DNA of 64,000 bases from Alphaproteobacteria bacterium (GCA_017477185.1 JAFUXF010000026.1:2215-66214); one strand, 5' to 3'. Shown: positions 30,072-39,784, counted from the first letter of the stretch. Notes: generated from the letters alone by a model not told the origin. Numbers and translations: made by a program.

Positions 30072-31187
30072 CTATTTTCCCATTGAATTGGTAATTTGAT
30101 CTTGCATATCAAATACGCCCATTACCGCCCAAGCAATAACGCCACCGATTGATAACAATGCCACCATATTTAAAACACTGGCTTTTTGCTCAATCATGTA
30201 TACAGATTCATCCAACCATTCGTTTGCTAAATTATCAATGGCTTCTTCAAAGTTATCCAACTCAGAATAAACTGACAAATCAGAAATGATTTCCTTATCT
30301 GGAAACTCCAGTTTTGTCTTATAGAGAGCCACACCTAAGTTGTCACCATTATTGATATATTTGAGGCTCTTATCAATTCTTTCTTTTAGATATTTGTTCG
30401 CATCACGACGCAATGCACTCATCGCACTGGAAACAGGAGTTCCTCCTTTAATTAAAGCAGCCATAGCTAAAAGCCAACTGATGCCGGCAAATATCTTATA
30501 CAAAGACCAAGGCGGGAATCGGTCAAAAACAACCCTTGTTTGTCCGACCCAGATACCTATGGTTAAATAAATTGTAATCATGGCTACAGGAAGAGCAGCA
30601 AATGCTACAAACCAGTATTTTTGAATCCACTCGGAAACACCAACCAAGTCAGCGGCTATCCCTGTCCACCGCGTATCCGGAGCTGCCTCCAACATAGGAG
30701 GAACCATGTAGACGCCTATTGCATACAAAATCAAAACAGACATCATGGTCAAAAATGCCGGATATGCAATTGCTCCGACAATCGGGCGAATCATTTTTGT
30801 AGATCCTTCCGTTACTTTAATTAAATTGTGTAATGCACTTTCCAAGTTAGAAACATCACCCGTCGATAGCATCAGCCTTTCTCTTGACGGAGCCCAACCA
30901 TTAAGTGCGTCAGCAAATGTCAAACCATTTTGCAGGGTTTTCATCCATGAAGTAATTGCAATTGCCATCGGTTCATATGGGTTTTTACCATTATCACTAA
31001 CCCCCTGATAAAGCATATCCAAGCCATCCATTAAAGAAAAGCGGTTAGCCATCAAAGATGCTAGTTTTCGATAAAGTTTCAGTCTTGTCTTATTAGAACA
31101 AAGACAAATTATCTGCGCATATTTAATCTCAACTTTACTGATTTTGCGCATATTTTTTTTCAGACTTCTATTTCTTTGTTCTACCAT
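30072..31187 (-). CDS. GspF/PilC/TadB-family polytopic inner-membrane platform protein (R64 PilR-like)
   Basis: 371 aa. It has two soluble helical repeats (FSLMDGLDMLYQGVS... and ISDLSVYSELDNFEEAIDNLANEW), each followed by hydrophobic helices, the T2SS-F family topology. Adjacent to a GspE-type ATPase. Confidence 0.6.
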   Translation of the reverse strand: MVEQRNRSLKKNMRKISKVEIKYAQIICLCSNKTRLKLYRKLASLMANRFSLMDGLDMLYQGVSDNGKNPYEPMAIAITSWMKTLQNGLTFADALNGWAPSRERLMLSTGDVSNLESALHNLIKVTEGSTKMIRPIVGAIAYPAFLTMMSVLILYAIGVYMVPPMLEAAPDTRWTGIAADLVGVSEWIQKYWFVAFAALPVAMITIYLTIGIWVGQTRVVFDRFPPWSLYKIFAGISWLLAMAALIKGGTPVSSAMSALRRDANKYLKERIDKSLKYINNGDNLGVALYKTKLEFPDKEIISDLSVYSELDNFEEAIDNLANEWLDESVYMIEQKASVLNMVALLSIGGVIAWAVMGVFDMQDQITNSMGK

Positions 31188-31198
31188 GTGTTTTTTCC

Positions 31199-32875
31199 TT
31201 AATAAGATGGTCTCTGATCAAGCAACCCGCACCAACGTTCGACTTCTTCTAAGTCAATCCAACCTTTTAACATACGCTCCATTGCCGCATCTTTTAAAGT
31301 TCTTCCGTTTAAATCACTCGTCCAATAATCAATCGCTTTACGCGTTTGGCTTTCAATCATTAGCTCTAAGAACGTGGCATCAGGCAAAATAATTTCAGGA
31401 ACGCAAATACGACCTTTTACACCTCGATTATCGCAATACTTGCACCCCGGACCACGCATATATGTATTTTCAATACCAAAATCACCTAAAGCCATCTTTA
31501 AACGTTTAACTGCCGGATTATCAAGCATTTCTTTAACACTTTTGCGACAATGCGGGCATAATCTTCGAAACAAACGTTGAGAAATCAATCCTTTCATGAG
31601 CTCAGGGTCCGCTAACATAAATTTCTGGATTCCCATATCACGCAAACGAGTAATAATTGCCGGTGCCGAGTTTGCGTGTAAGGTTGACCATACACCGTGT
31701 CCGGACAATGCGCCCTTAAAAGTTAACTCTGCAGCCGATAAAGAACGAATTTCGCCCACCATAATCACATCCGGGTCAGAACGCAAAGCGGCTGATAATG
31801 CTTTAGTAAACATTTCGTCCTTTTCTTCTTCGGTGGTTGCGTTGGTTACAGGCATTTGTCGCGCACCGGGAATCGGATACTCCGGCGGATCTTCAACGGT
31901 AATCAGGTTTAATTCATAATTTTTTTCTTGTAATAATTTAATCATGTTGCGTTGCAAAGTTGTACTTTTACCTGAACCTGTCGGTCCGGCGATAATACTT
32001 AACCCTGTTGGCACAGAACGTAAACGATAAAATAAATTTTCTTCATATTCACCAAAACCTAAAGAAGATAAATCACCACTCCCATCCGGATTATCATCTG
32101 CATACAACAGACGCATAACCAAATACTGCGATCCGAAAGCTATCGGATTAAATTGTAGGCGGATAGCTAACACATTGTGTGGCAACATTAATTTACCATT
32201 TGACCCTCGTAATGGCGTTGAACCAAGTTTTTGTGCGCCCTGAAATTCATTTTGAGTATAGTTCGAATCGGAAATATCGGCAGAAGCAAATGCTGCACGA
32301 ACAAAGGCTTCGCCCCATTCTCCGTCGTACTCCATGACTGTTTGCATCATGCCATTAACACGAAACATAATTTGCGTACTGTCTGCTACGACAACGTGAA
32401 TATCTGACACTTTGTTGGCCGCGGCACGCGCTACAACATTGACAAAGTCACGCTGCATTTGCAGTTGGTTTTCTTCAACTTCCTTCTCAGATAATTCAAC
32501 CGGGCGTGACCGTTCACCATATGCATAAATAGCATTTAGTTCATTTTGAGTCACAAATATCGGGTTACCAAATCGTAACCCTTTTCTTTTGGCAAGAGCC
32601 TGAAAGCTCATGACTCTTCCATCAAAACGGTGGGCCTCTACGACCAGAAAACGTCCATCTGAAAATAATGCCAGCAGACGACGCGTATCATCACCGACCG
32701 ATATCGTTTCCGAATTAGGTAATGTCAGTAACTTATTTCCAGCAACAAATAAAGACTGTATTAAGCCTGTTTTTTCGGTATCATCAGAAGATTTAACATC
32801 ATTTGTCTCTGAAGTTGTTTTTTCAACTGAATCTCCTGTATTTGGCGCAATATTTTGTTTTTCTTCATCGGCCAT
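31199..32875 (-). CDS. GspE/PilB-family secretion/pilus-assembly ATPase (R64 PilQ / TcpT / BfpD-like)
   Basis: Walker A motif IIAGPTGSGKSTTLQ. Asp box VEDPPEY. Walker B motif DPDVIMVGEIR. His box GHGVWSTLHANSA. Tetracysteine CPHC...CKYC zinc motif typical of this family. Confidence 0.9.
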   Translation of the reverse strand: MADEEKQNIAPNTGDSVEKTTSETNDVKSSDDTEKTGLIQSLFVAGNKLLTLPNSETISVGDDTRRLLALFSDGRFLVVEAHRFDGRVMSFQALAKRKGLRFGNPIFVTQNELNAIYAYGERSRPVELSEKEVEENQLQMQRDFVNVVARAAANKVSDIHVVVADSTQIMFRVNGMMQTVMEYDGEWGEAFVRAAFASADISDSNYTQNEFQGAQKLGSTPLRGSNGKLMLPHNVLAIRLQFNPIAFGSQYLVMRLLYADDNPDGSGDLSSLGFGEYEENLFYRLRSVPTGLSIIAGPTGSGKSTTLQRNMIKLLQEKNYELNLITVEDPPEYPIPGARQMPVTNATTEEEKDEMFTKALSAALRSDPDVIMVGEIRSLSAAELTFKGALSGHGVWSTLHANSAPAIITRLRDMGIQKFMLADPELMKGLISQRLFRRLCPHCRKSVKEMLDNPAVKRLKMALGDFGIENTYMRGPGCKYCDNRGVKGRICVPEIILPDATFLELMIESQTRKAIDYWTSDLNGRTLKDAAMERMLKGWIDLEEVERWCGLLDQRPSY

Positions 32876-32881
32876 TTGTCA

Positions 32882-34303
32882 CTACTCTAAAAACATGCCA
32901 TCTCTCAAACTCGGAAGTCTTTTTTCTGATGAAGGAGGTGCTAGAATCTCTTCTTCATCCTCAAAATCATCACTTACGGCATTAATCGGCTTCGTCGGCT
33001 CTTTATCTAATATACCACCGGCAGAGAAGTAGAGATAATCTTTAACACCATTTCTATCTGCAGTAATATATGTTTGTGTTATTTCTTCAATTACATGACC
33101 GGTATTCAGTATTGTTCCCGGTTTAACCATAAATGTTCCCCCGTTTTTATTAATTAGCTTAGCGACCAATACTTCACCTTTACCACTAATCTCCATAATG
33201 GCATATTCATCGGATATCTTCGCTTTCGGTGCTTCTTCATCCTCAGTAATATCAACTAATGCAAATGGGTTTGGTCCTGTTTGCTTACTTTCCTCAAAAG
33301 CCTTTTTCTCAGCTTCTAATTTTGACTTCAGAACGGCAACTTGTGTCTGTAACGTTGTAATCTCTTTTGTATACTTTTCTTTTGCCGCTTTTGCCGCCAT
33401 ATTAGCTCGCTCAATCGACGACGTAATGTTTTTCAAATATTCTTTTTGACGCGAAAGTAATTCTTTTTGAGCCTCTTCTTCTTTGACTAATTGGTTGTAA
33501 AGACGCGCATTATAATCAATCCATTCCTGATTGTTTTTAAGCATTGTCTCTTTATAGGCTTTCAAAACTCTTTCTTGTCTTAGTTTTTCGTACTTGATTG
33601 ATAATTCTTTGAGCTTTCTTTGTTCAATAAGCAATTTTCTTTCCTGCTCTTTTTCCCACTCTTCCTGCGCTCTTTTTCGTTGCAACTCCCTTTCTTTTTC
33701 CTCGTCTTTTGCTCTTTGTCTTTGAGCTTTCATGGCTGCAATTTCATTCTTAATTCTTTCTCTTTTTAATTCCAAAGAAAGCAAACCTGTTTGCTTTTCA
33801 ATATCCGCCATTTGTGAAAATAAATCTTCCTTAACTTGATTCATAATCTTATCACCAAATGAAGCCCCGCTATCAGCTTGCTGTTGAGATGCTTGCAGAG
33901 CTTGACGATCGGTTTCTTCCACAAAATTATTATATGCTTTTAAGATATTGTTATCTTGCGGATTTTCTGCTGGTATCGAGGAAGATAAAGTCGTATTAGT
34001 TTCCTCAGCAGAGGAACTTTCTGCCAAGGATTGTTGCTGATTATCTCCGCCTAGTACCGGTGCCGGTTGAAGCATCGGAGCATTTGGAGCAATATCAGGA
34101 CGACTATCATCACTGTTATTGTTTTCTGTAGACACATCCTGATTATTCACAGCGTCAGGGCTCTCTATCGTTACACCGCCATTTGAAGAGTCTTCATTAT
34201 TTATTGAAGGCAATTCTTGCGCTATAGCAGCTATGCTAATAGCACTTAGAATCCCTACAACAAATAAAAAATACCTTATAGTGCTTTTTATTTTATAAAA
34301 CAT
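32882..34303 (-). CDS. secreted/anchored 473-aa protein with Q-rich region, K/E/R coiled coil and a C-terminal PilP / GspC-HR-like beta domain
   Basis: N-terminal signal/anchor MFYKIKSTIRYFLFVVGILSAISIAAIA. The C-terminal AIMEISGKGEVLVAKLINKNGGTFMVKPGTILNTGHVIEEITQTYITADRNGVKDYLYF fits the HR-domain pattern (A.I..gg....v.~GdtL.gg.V..I....V.L..nG....L.f) of secretin-binding PilP/GspC proteins. Confidence 0.5.
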   Translation of the reverse strand: MFYKIKSTIRYFLFVVGILSAISIAAIAQELPSINNEDSSNGGVTIESPDAVNNQDVSTENNNSDDSRPDIAPNAPMLQPAPVLGGDNQQQSLAESSSAEETNTTLSSSIPAENPQDNNILKAYNNFVEETDRQALQASQQQADSGASFGDKIMNQVKEDLFSQMADIEKQTGLLSLELKRERIKNEIAAMKAQRQRAKDEEKERELQRKRAQEEWEKEQERKLLIEQRKLKELSIKYEKLRQERVLKAYKETMLKNNQEWIDYNARLYNQLVKEEEAQKELLSRQKEYLKNITSSIERANMAAKAAKEKYTKEITTLQTQVAVLKSKLEAEKKAFEESKQTGPNPFALVDITEDEEAPKAKISDEYAIMEISGKGEVLVAKLINKNGGTFMVKPGTILNTGHVIEEITQTYITADRNGVKDYLYFSAGGILDKEPTKPINAVSDDFEDEEEILAPPSSEKRLPSLRDGMFLE

Positions 34304-35603
34304 AGATTACCCCCTCGTAAGACCAAGAACCGCTATCCGTATCGTATTTTATACTATTAATAACAAGTCCTGAAAATTTTGTTAACACGTCCATCCATGT
34401 CATTGGATTTTGATTTACCGTAAATGAAAAACCAACCTGTTTATAAATAATTGTTTTTGGCGGATCATTCGGATTTGCAGCAGGAACCTGCACTGTTTCC
34501 TGTTGATCAGATAAAGAAATCGACAAATCTAAAGATTGAAATAAGTCATTGATAATATTTTTTAACTCAATGTCTGTATAAGCCGGTGGTGATTTAATAG
34601 TTTGCGGACTATAACTGGTGCTGGCAATAAGTGTTCCACCATCTGTAGAAATAGACCGAGCAGCAAACTTCATACCCGACTCATTTAACGCTTGATCGAC
34701 CCATGAAATTCGGCCAACTTGCCTGTTCCAAGAAACGGTTGCCCCACTATCCGAACAATTTATCCCCCCTATTTTCCATCCTGGCGGCATAATTTTAACC
34801 ATATTCATGGCATCTCGGTAGCAATAAAGCAAAATTTCTTCCGGATTTTTAAGTGTTTCCCATGGTTTGATAATAGGCTTTTCTTCAACAACAACCGGCT
34901 TAATTATTTTCGGACGAACAGGTGCAACTATTACCGGCTGTTTTTTCGGAGCAAACAATACATCCACAACAAAAGAGGACAGAACCCAAAAACCAATTAC
35001 GGCAGAAACGGCCACGATCGCATAAAGTTTTATACCCCTTAACGCCTTAACCTTTTGCAACTTAGCGCGTATACCATTTTCTAAAATGGCAGAGAGGTCC
35101 ATTGCCTTGGTATCTTCTATACCCCACTCGGCAGGAGCTATTCTATACCCCCAGTCAGGTACCGTCATCATTGACATAAACTGTTCTTTTGCATCCTCTT
35201 CTTTAAGGAACAGCATATCACCATCGGATAAGATAATATCATTTCTGACGCAGCAGTACCACCACCCGTTATCAACCTTAAAGACAGCCACAAATGATGA
35301 TTTATCAGCAAATGATGTTGCCACAGAGACAGCGAGAGAATTCATTCCCTTGCGATAGCCATCAGAGCTGGAACAAACACCAAATTGAACAACTTTTCCC
35401 GGTTTAAGAGCGAATAGATCCGCTCCTTCTAAAATACTCTCTGCAGTTTCATCAATTTCCGTATATGGATCATCTCTATTTTGTAATGGTTGCCAAAATA
35501 GACCCGCAACATAAGTTTTACCATCAATAACCGTTGTCGCAGCCCATGAACGATTGGCTGTTGCATCAAAATCTTTATCATATAATTTTGCGTTTTCTAA
35601 CAA
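34293..35603 (-). CDS. bitopic inner-membrane pilus-assembly protein (R64 PilO / BfpC-like by size and topology)
   Basis: 436 aa with a ~190-aa cytoplasmic N-domain, a single TM (LYAIVAVSAVIGFWVLSSFVV) and a ~220-aa periplasmic domain. Located between the secretin and the PilP-like gene. Confidence 0.45.
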   Translation of the reverse strand: MLENAKLYDKDFDATANRSWAATTVIDGKTYVAGLFWQPLQNRDDPYTEIDETAESILEGADLFALKPGKVVQFGVCSSSDGYRKGMNSLAVSVATSFADKSSFVAVFKVDNGWWYCCVRNDIILSDGDMLFLKEEDAKEQFMSMMTVPDWGYRIAPAEWGIEDTKAMDLSAILENGIRAKLQKVKALRGIKLYAIVAVSAVIGFWVLSSFVVDVLFAPKKQPVIVAPVRPKIIKPVVVEEKPIIKPWETLKNPEEILLYCYRDAMNMVKIMPPGWKIGGINCSDSGATVSWNRQVGRISWVDQALNESGMKFAARSISTDGGTLIASTSYSPQTIKSPPAYTDIELKNIINDLFQSLDLSISLSDQQETVQVPAANPNDPPKTIIYKQVGFSFTVNQNPMTWMDVLTKFSGLVINSIKYDTDSGSWSYEGVIYVL

Positions 35604-35622
35604 CGGTTTTCCTCTTTTATTC

Positions 35623-37290
35623 TTAGATATTATGCATTCTTGATTCCGGATTTAACGGAGATTCCAAAACAACCGGCGTTAAAACAATAACGAGTATACT
35701 TCTTGTTTTTTTAGCCGATGCCGAACCGCCTAACAAAGAGTTGGTCGCAGAGCCGACGCCCGATTTATCGGTTGTATTTTCAACACGCTCATACCCTGTC
35801 AACACCAAGGACTGGCCTGATGTCATGACAACTTCCTGAGAAAATCCTCGAGATTCAACAATCGGGTTTTGAATATATTGACCACTTCCCCCTTCTGCTG
35901 TTCCACCGTCTAAGCTAACCTTATCCAAAGCCAATAAATCAGAAAGAGTTAAATTAAACATCATCATAATACGACCATGTTCCAAAATACGCGGCAATAC
36001 ATTCATCGTGAAACCTGTTTCAATTTCCTGCGTTTCCGTGGAAATATCATAATAATTAGAATCACCGCCACTGTTTGTCTTTGTAATTTCTGAAATATAA
36101 TTTTGCTTTTTAACAACCTGAATTGGGGCCGGCTTGTTATTGAGCGTCGTTACCGTACCACTGGTAATCAGGCTTGTCGTCGCTTGAGTAGACAAAGCCT
36201 TCATTGCTGCCGAAACATCAAAATTACCAGGCAATAACGTTAAGGATAAATTATCAGCTATAGACGTATCACCAGCTCCAAGTCCGGCAATTCCGATTGA
36301 CTGAGGATTATAAGCATATGTTGCTATTTTTGAGCCATCCTCACCGACTGTAATACTTTTCAACCGTTTTACAAAAGCAGGATCCTGAAACATTGCCGAT
36401 AGATTGAGATTAAAGTAATCACTATCCCCGACATTTACCTGATATACTTTTACAGAAATAGCGACTTGTCGACTTAAGCGAACATTCTGCTCATTAATAA
36501 ACTTTGCAACTTTCTTAATATCATTCGGATTAGCTGTTACAACAACCGTTCCGTTTGACGAATCCATACTCAGTTGCGCAGACGCGTCGATCATTGACTT
36601 GATTGAGTTTTCAATATTGCCCCAAAACTCTAACTTTGCCGAGTTAGACATCGTTAAAGAGTTGGTTGCCCCACTACCGCTGGCAGAACCTCCTAAAGAA
36701 ACATTCATGCTCGGTTCACTAGGAAGACTATACAACACAAATGTTCTGGTAATATTTTTATAAAAATAAATTTCTTTTTTATCGTACTTCCACCAAACAC
36801 CAAAACGAGATCCAATCTCATCTAACAAACCACTTAAAGGCCCTTGATAAGAAACGAGCATTTTGTTTGGCTCCGTCCAATCGACATTGACATTCTTTGG
36901 ATTAGGTTTATTTTGCTGAGCCGTTTCTCTGGCTTCATCATTCATATCACCGGCAAAACTGACACGCACTCCCGTAATTTTGTTAATCATATCACCGATT
37001 TCATACAATGTTATCGGACGATTACTAATCAGTGTAACACCATCTTTTGTTTCAAAATTAGCAGGTAACGGCTGTCCGTCATATTCAATTTCACTAACAT
37101 CGCCGAGCCAAATATCATTTTTTACACGCACAACATCTTCAGCAATTGCTTTATCAGGCAACTTTGCTTTTTCACTCAGGACCGTTGCCTTTTCAACATC
37201 TCTTTCGACCGTTGCATCCATTTCTGTTGAAATAGAACAAGAAGACGTCATCCCCAATAAAAGAATCGCCCCAAATGCATTACGCGTCAT
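35623..37290 (-). CDS. secretin-family outer-membrane channel, lipoprotein type (R64 PilN / TcpC / BfpB-like)
   Basis: C-terminal secretin domain: IQNPIVESRGFSQEVVMTSGQSLVLTGYERVENTTDKSGVG...LLGG...RSILVIVLTPVVL. N-terminal lipoprotein signal MTRNAFGAILLLGMTSSC. The start at 37288..37290 lies 1 nt after the stop of the upstream lipoprotein gene. The ORF track extends to 37386. Confidence 0.85.
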   Translation of the reverse strand: MTRNAFGAILLLGMTSSCSISTEMDATVERDVEKATVLSEKAKLPDKAIAEDVVRVKNDIWLGDVSEIEYDGQPLPANFETKDGVTLISNRPITLYEIGDMINKITGVRVSFAGDMNDEARETAQQNKPNPKNVNVDWTEPNKMLVSYQGPLSGLLDEIGSRFGVWWKYDKKEIYFYKNITRTFVLYSLPSEPSMNVSLGGSASGSGATNSLTMSNSAKLEFWGNIENSIKSMIDASAQLSMDSSNGTVVVTANPNDIKKVAKFINEQNVRLSRQVAISVKVYQVNVGDSDYFNLNLSAMFQDPAFVKRLKSITVGEDGSKIATYAYNPQSIGIAGLGAGDTSIADNLSLTLLPGNFDVSAAMKALSTQATTSLITSGTVTTLNNKPAPIQVVKKQNYISEITKTNSGGDSNYYDISTETQEIETGFTMNVLPRILEHGRIMMMFNLTLSDLLALDKVSLDGGTAEGGSGQYIQNPIVESRGFSQEVVMTSGQSLVLTGYERVENTTDKSGVGSATNSLLGGSASAKKTRSILVIVLTPVVLESPLNPESRMHNI

Positions 37291-37291
37291 T

Positions 37292-38005
37292 TTATTCAAA
37301 AGCATTCTCGTCCTCCATCGTCTCAACAACCAATACACGATTTCCCTTATAAAACGTAGCAATCGGTGCAGGTTTTGCTCGAGCAAAAGTTCTTATCAAC
37401 GCTGCACTTGCATCCGCAAATCGACCACGGAACATCGCTCCTGCCGTTAAAGGATAATTACGATTTGTTTTCCAAACCAACCGCCATCCTGCGCGATCGC
37501 TCCATTCTGTCATCAATTCTTTCAGGTTTTGACCTTCTTCCGCTAGCCAATCTTCAACAGGATCTTCCGGATTTTGGGAATTTAGACCACCATCATCACT
37601 TTCTTCAGCAGCTACACTATCATCATATTCTTCGACCTCATCATCAACAGACGGAGGAATTGCCGCAGACATATTACTACCAGCACCCGTACTTACTACA
37701 TTTTGATCACGAGGTGTTCTCTCTCCATACTGACGATAATCAGCAGCGACGTCTGTGTAGCTGACAAATTCTGAGTTTTTATCACCATCCGGTCCTGCCG
37801 AAACGACTTCCACGCAATCAGGGTCATCCGGCAGATCCATCGGTTGCGTCAGAGTTCCCATGCAGCCGGCAATAAGAACCGAGAGCATTCCTAAACAAAA
37901 TCCATTTTTCATATCCATAAGTAATATTCCCAAATATTTAAATATTTTTTTCATCATACAAACATAAAAATAAATAATCAAGAACGGACAGCGACTTATT
38001 ACCAA
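37292..38005 (-). CDS. lipoprotein with C-terminal TcpQ/PilL-like domain (secretin pilot/partner)
   Basis: Lipobox MKNGFCLGMLSVLIAGC-MGT. The true start is probably the internal ATG at ~37912 or ~37957. The C-terminal WSDRAGWRLVWKTNRNYPLTAGAMFRGRFADASAALIRTFARAKPAPIATFYKGNRVLVV matches the TcpQ C-domain pattern of ICE/R64 PilL proteins. Confidence 0.55.
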   Translation of the reverse strand: MVISRCPFLIIYFYVCMMKKIFKYLGILLMDMKNGFCLGMLSVLIAGCMGTLTQPMDLPDDPDCVEVVSAGPDGDKNSEFVSYTDVAADYRQYGERTPRDQNVVSTGAGSNMSAAIPPSVDDEVEEYDDSVAAEESDDGGLNSQNPEDPVEDWLAEEGQNLKELMTEWSDRAGWRLVWKTNRNYPLTAGAMFRGRFADASAALIRTFARAKPAPIATFYKGNRVLVVETMEDENAFE

Positions 38006-38012
38006 TTACAGC

Positions 38013-39707
38013 TTACCATTTTTGATAATACTTTTTCCACTCCTCATCCTCTTTAGGCCCTTGCGCCGCATTCACTATCTTTACGGTTCTTACAACAAAT
38101 GAATTAGGCTCTCTATCAACAAATGCAGTATTTATCTTTTGATAATCGACGCCATTTGCCGTCAGAATATTATAGAGCATATTAAGGCGTTTTTGCTGCA
38201 AGGCAAACGACTTTGAGCCATCTATACGAATCTCCAACCCCACATCCTTATCATCGACAGCTTTTTTCGCAAATGCCTGTATCCAACGCAACGTCTGCCC
38301 CGAAATTTCTGCCCGATTGGGCTGAAAAGACAACCTGATTTCAGTTGGTAAAATGACTATTTTTTCTTCATCTTCGGTCTGTTTTTTACTTTTTAGGAGA
38401 TTATTTCCTTTTGCTTTCAGCTTCTTGATTGCTTTTTCTCTGTTTTCCTTCGAAAAGACAGAGGAAAGACTATCCAATATGGATTTTTCTTTTGTATTCT
38501 TAACAGTTTTCGTCTTTGTTTTCTTTTTCGGTATAGGAGTTATTTGTCCTTCATCATCACTGATATCTGGAACCAAATCATCTTCATCCAGCAAATCCTG
38601 CGGAATAGGAATCAGCAGATTATCCTGAACTGCAATTTTGGCTGTCTTTTTTTCTAAACTTACTTTATTTTTAGCAATAAGTCCTTCCGCTTTCTTTTTA
38701 GCCGCCTCTGACGAAAAACCTTCTTTTAGAATTTTTTTATTCTTAATAAACTTACTTCCCCGAGCAACAAGCCATGGATTATCGTCTTTATGCTTTTCAG
38801 CCATTGTTTGCCACTTTCTTTTTTGCGGCCGGTCATTACCAACAACTTCCTCCGATGCAGTTAACGACACATTTTCACCTAAACTGGCAACTTGTGACGG
38901 CTCAGGCATCTTCTTTTCTTCTGCCGTCTTAGTGTTTCCCTGCAACGGGATACTCTTCTCTTCTTCTTGCAAAACCTCCTTAACCTGTTCATCCACGGTG
39001 TTTTGATTTTCCGCGGCTTTCTTTTCCTTATATTTTTTGAGATTATCAATTTTGAAAATTTGCTTTGTTGCCTTTATCATAATCGGACCACTCTGCTCAC
39101 TCAAAACAATAGGTTTATGATTTTCGATTTTAGCAGCACTCTCTTCCTCTTTTGCAGGACTTTCCGATTTATCACCAGATAAAGCAATTTGACTCTCTTC
39201 TACCGTCGGTTTTTCCGAATCAAAATCTCCGGAATAAACCAATGGCATATCCGGAATATTATTTAACTCCTCCTGCTTATCTGCGTCTGGAATTTTTTCA
39301 ACAAACAGAGGGATTTCCTCTGCAGTTGCCTCATCTTTTTCCTCTTCTTTTTGAAGTTTAAGAGGCATATTATATGCTACCTTCACCTTTTCTGCCTGAA
39401 TGGGCGGAGATTCAAGGGTTTCCTGATAAACAGGTTCCGATTTTAAGGCGTGTGCGTATAGTTGCGGAGACCGGAAAAACAATGAAATATTTTTACGAGG
39501 GATTTGTACATCATTCTTCGGCGTTTGAGGGGTATAAAAAAACGCTCTGTCCACACCAATAACCACGGACAAAGTAATCACAAAACTATACACGAATGTT
39601 TTGAACCCTATTCTGGTCATAAAACAAACCCCTCGTATTTTAGATAAAATAAACTGCGACTCTTGGCAAGCACATATCATTTTATGCACAATCTTTTTCT
39701 TAATCAT
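38013..39707 (-). CDS. first gene of the array: N-terminally anchored 564-aa K/E-rich protein with a possible C-terminal OmpA/MotB-like domain
   Basis: TM FVYSFVITLSVVIGV near the N-terminus. The start may be internal (MTRIGFKTF at ~39620). The charged, low-complexity middle is followed by C-terminal GLEIRIDGSKSFALQQKRLNMLYNILTANGVDYQKI, which loosely fits peptidoglycan-binding OmpA-like domains. Confidence 0.45.
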   Translation of the reverse strand: MIKKKIVHKMICACQESQFILSKIRGVCFMTRIGFKTFVYSFVITLSVVIGVDRAFFYTPQTPKNDVQIPRKNISLFFRSPQLYAHALKSEPVYQETLESPPIQAEKVKVAYNMPLKLQKEEEKDEATAEEIPLFVEKIPDADKQEELNNIPDMPLVYSGDFDSEKPTVEESQIALSGDKSESPAKEEESAAKIENHKPIVLSEQSGPIMIKATKQIFKIDNLKKYKEKKAAENQNTVDEQVKEVLQEEEKSIPLQGNTKTAEEKKMPEPSQVASLGENVSLTASEEVVGNDRPQKRKWQTMAEKHKDDNPWLVARGSKFIKNKKILKEGFSSEAAKKKAEGLIAKNKVSLEKKTAKIAVQDNLLIPIPQDLLDEDDLVPDISDDEGQITPIPKKKTKTKTVKNTKEKSILDSLSSVFSKENREKAIKKLKAKGNNLLKSKKQTEDEEKIVILPTEIRLSFQPNRAEISGQTLRWIQAFAKKAVDDKDVGLEIRIDGSKSFALQQKRLNMLYNILTANGVDYQKINTAFVDREPNSFVVRTVKIVNAAQGPKEDEEWKKYYQKW

Positions 39708-39741
39708 TTTTTTTATTTTTTTGTTTTTTAGCTAAAAATCT

Positions 39742-39769
39742 CTTGATTTTTACCCTTTTAAATTATAAT
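39742..39769 (+). promoter_or_regulatory. sigma70-like promoter candidate for the tRNA-Arg gene (TTGATT, ~15-16 nt spacer, perfect TATAAT)
   Basis: cTTGATTtttacccttttaaatTATAATc ends 15 nt before the tRNA 5' end. The AT-rich palindromic -10 could also serve the divergent minus-strand operon. Confidence 0.3.
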
Positions 39770-39784
39770 CAAAAAAAACGAGGT

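Noticed and set aside
29531-30112. The 193-aa ORF upstream of virB3 as the VirB2 pilin
   Set aside because: VirB2/TrbC pilins have a long signal peptide followed by two hydrophobic helices in ~70-100 mature residues. This ORF has a single N-terminal helix and a ~150-aa soluble domain, so it is more compatible with a pseudopilin-like or bitopic protein.
36980-37450. 156-aa plus-strand ORF and other 60-130-aa ORFs lying antisense to the secretin, ATPase, VirB4 and coiled-coil genes
   Set aside because: They are fully embedded opposite strongly supported long genes, have no RBS or start context, and have low-complexity compositions. These are typical shadow ORFs in AT-rich DNA.
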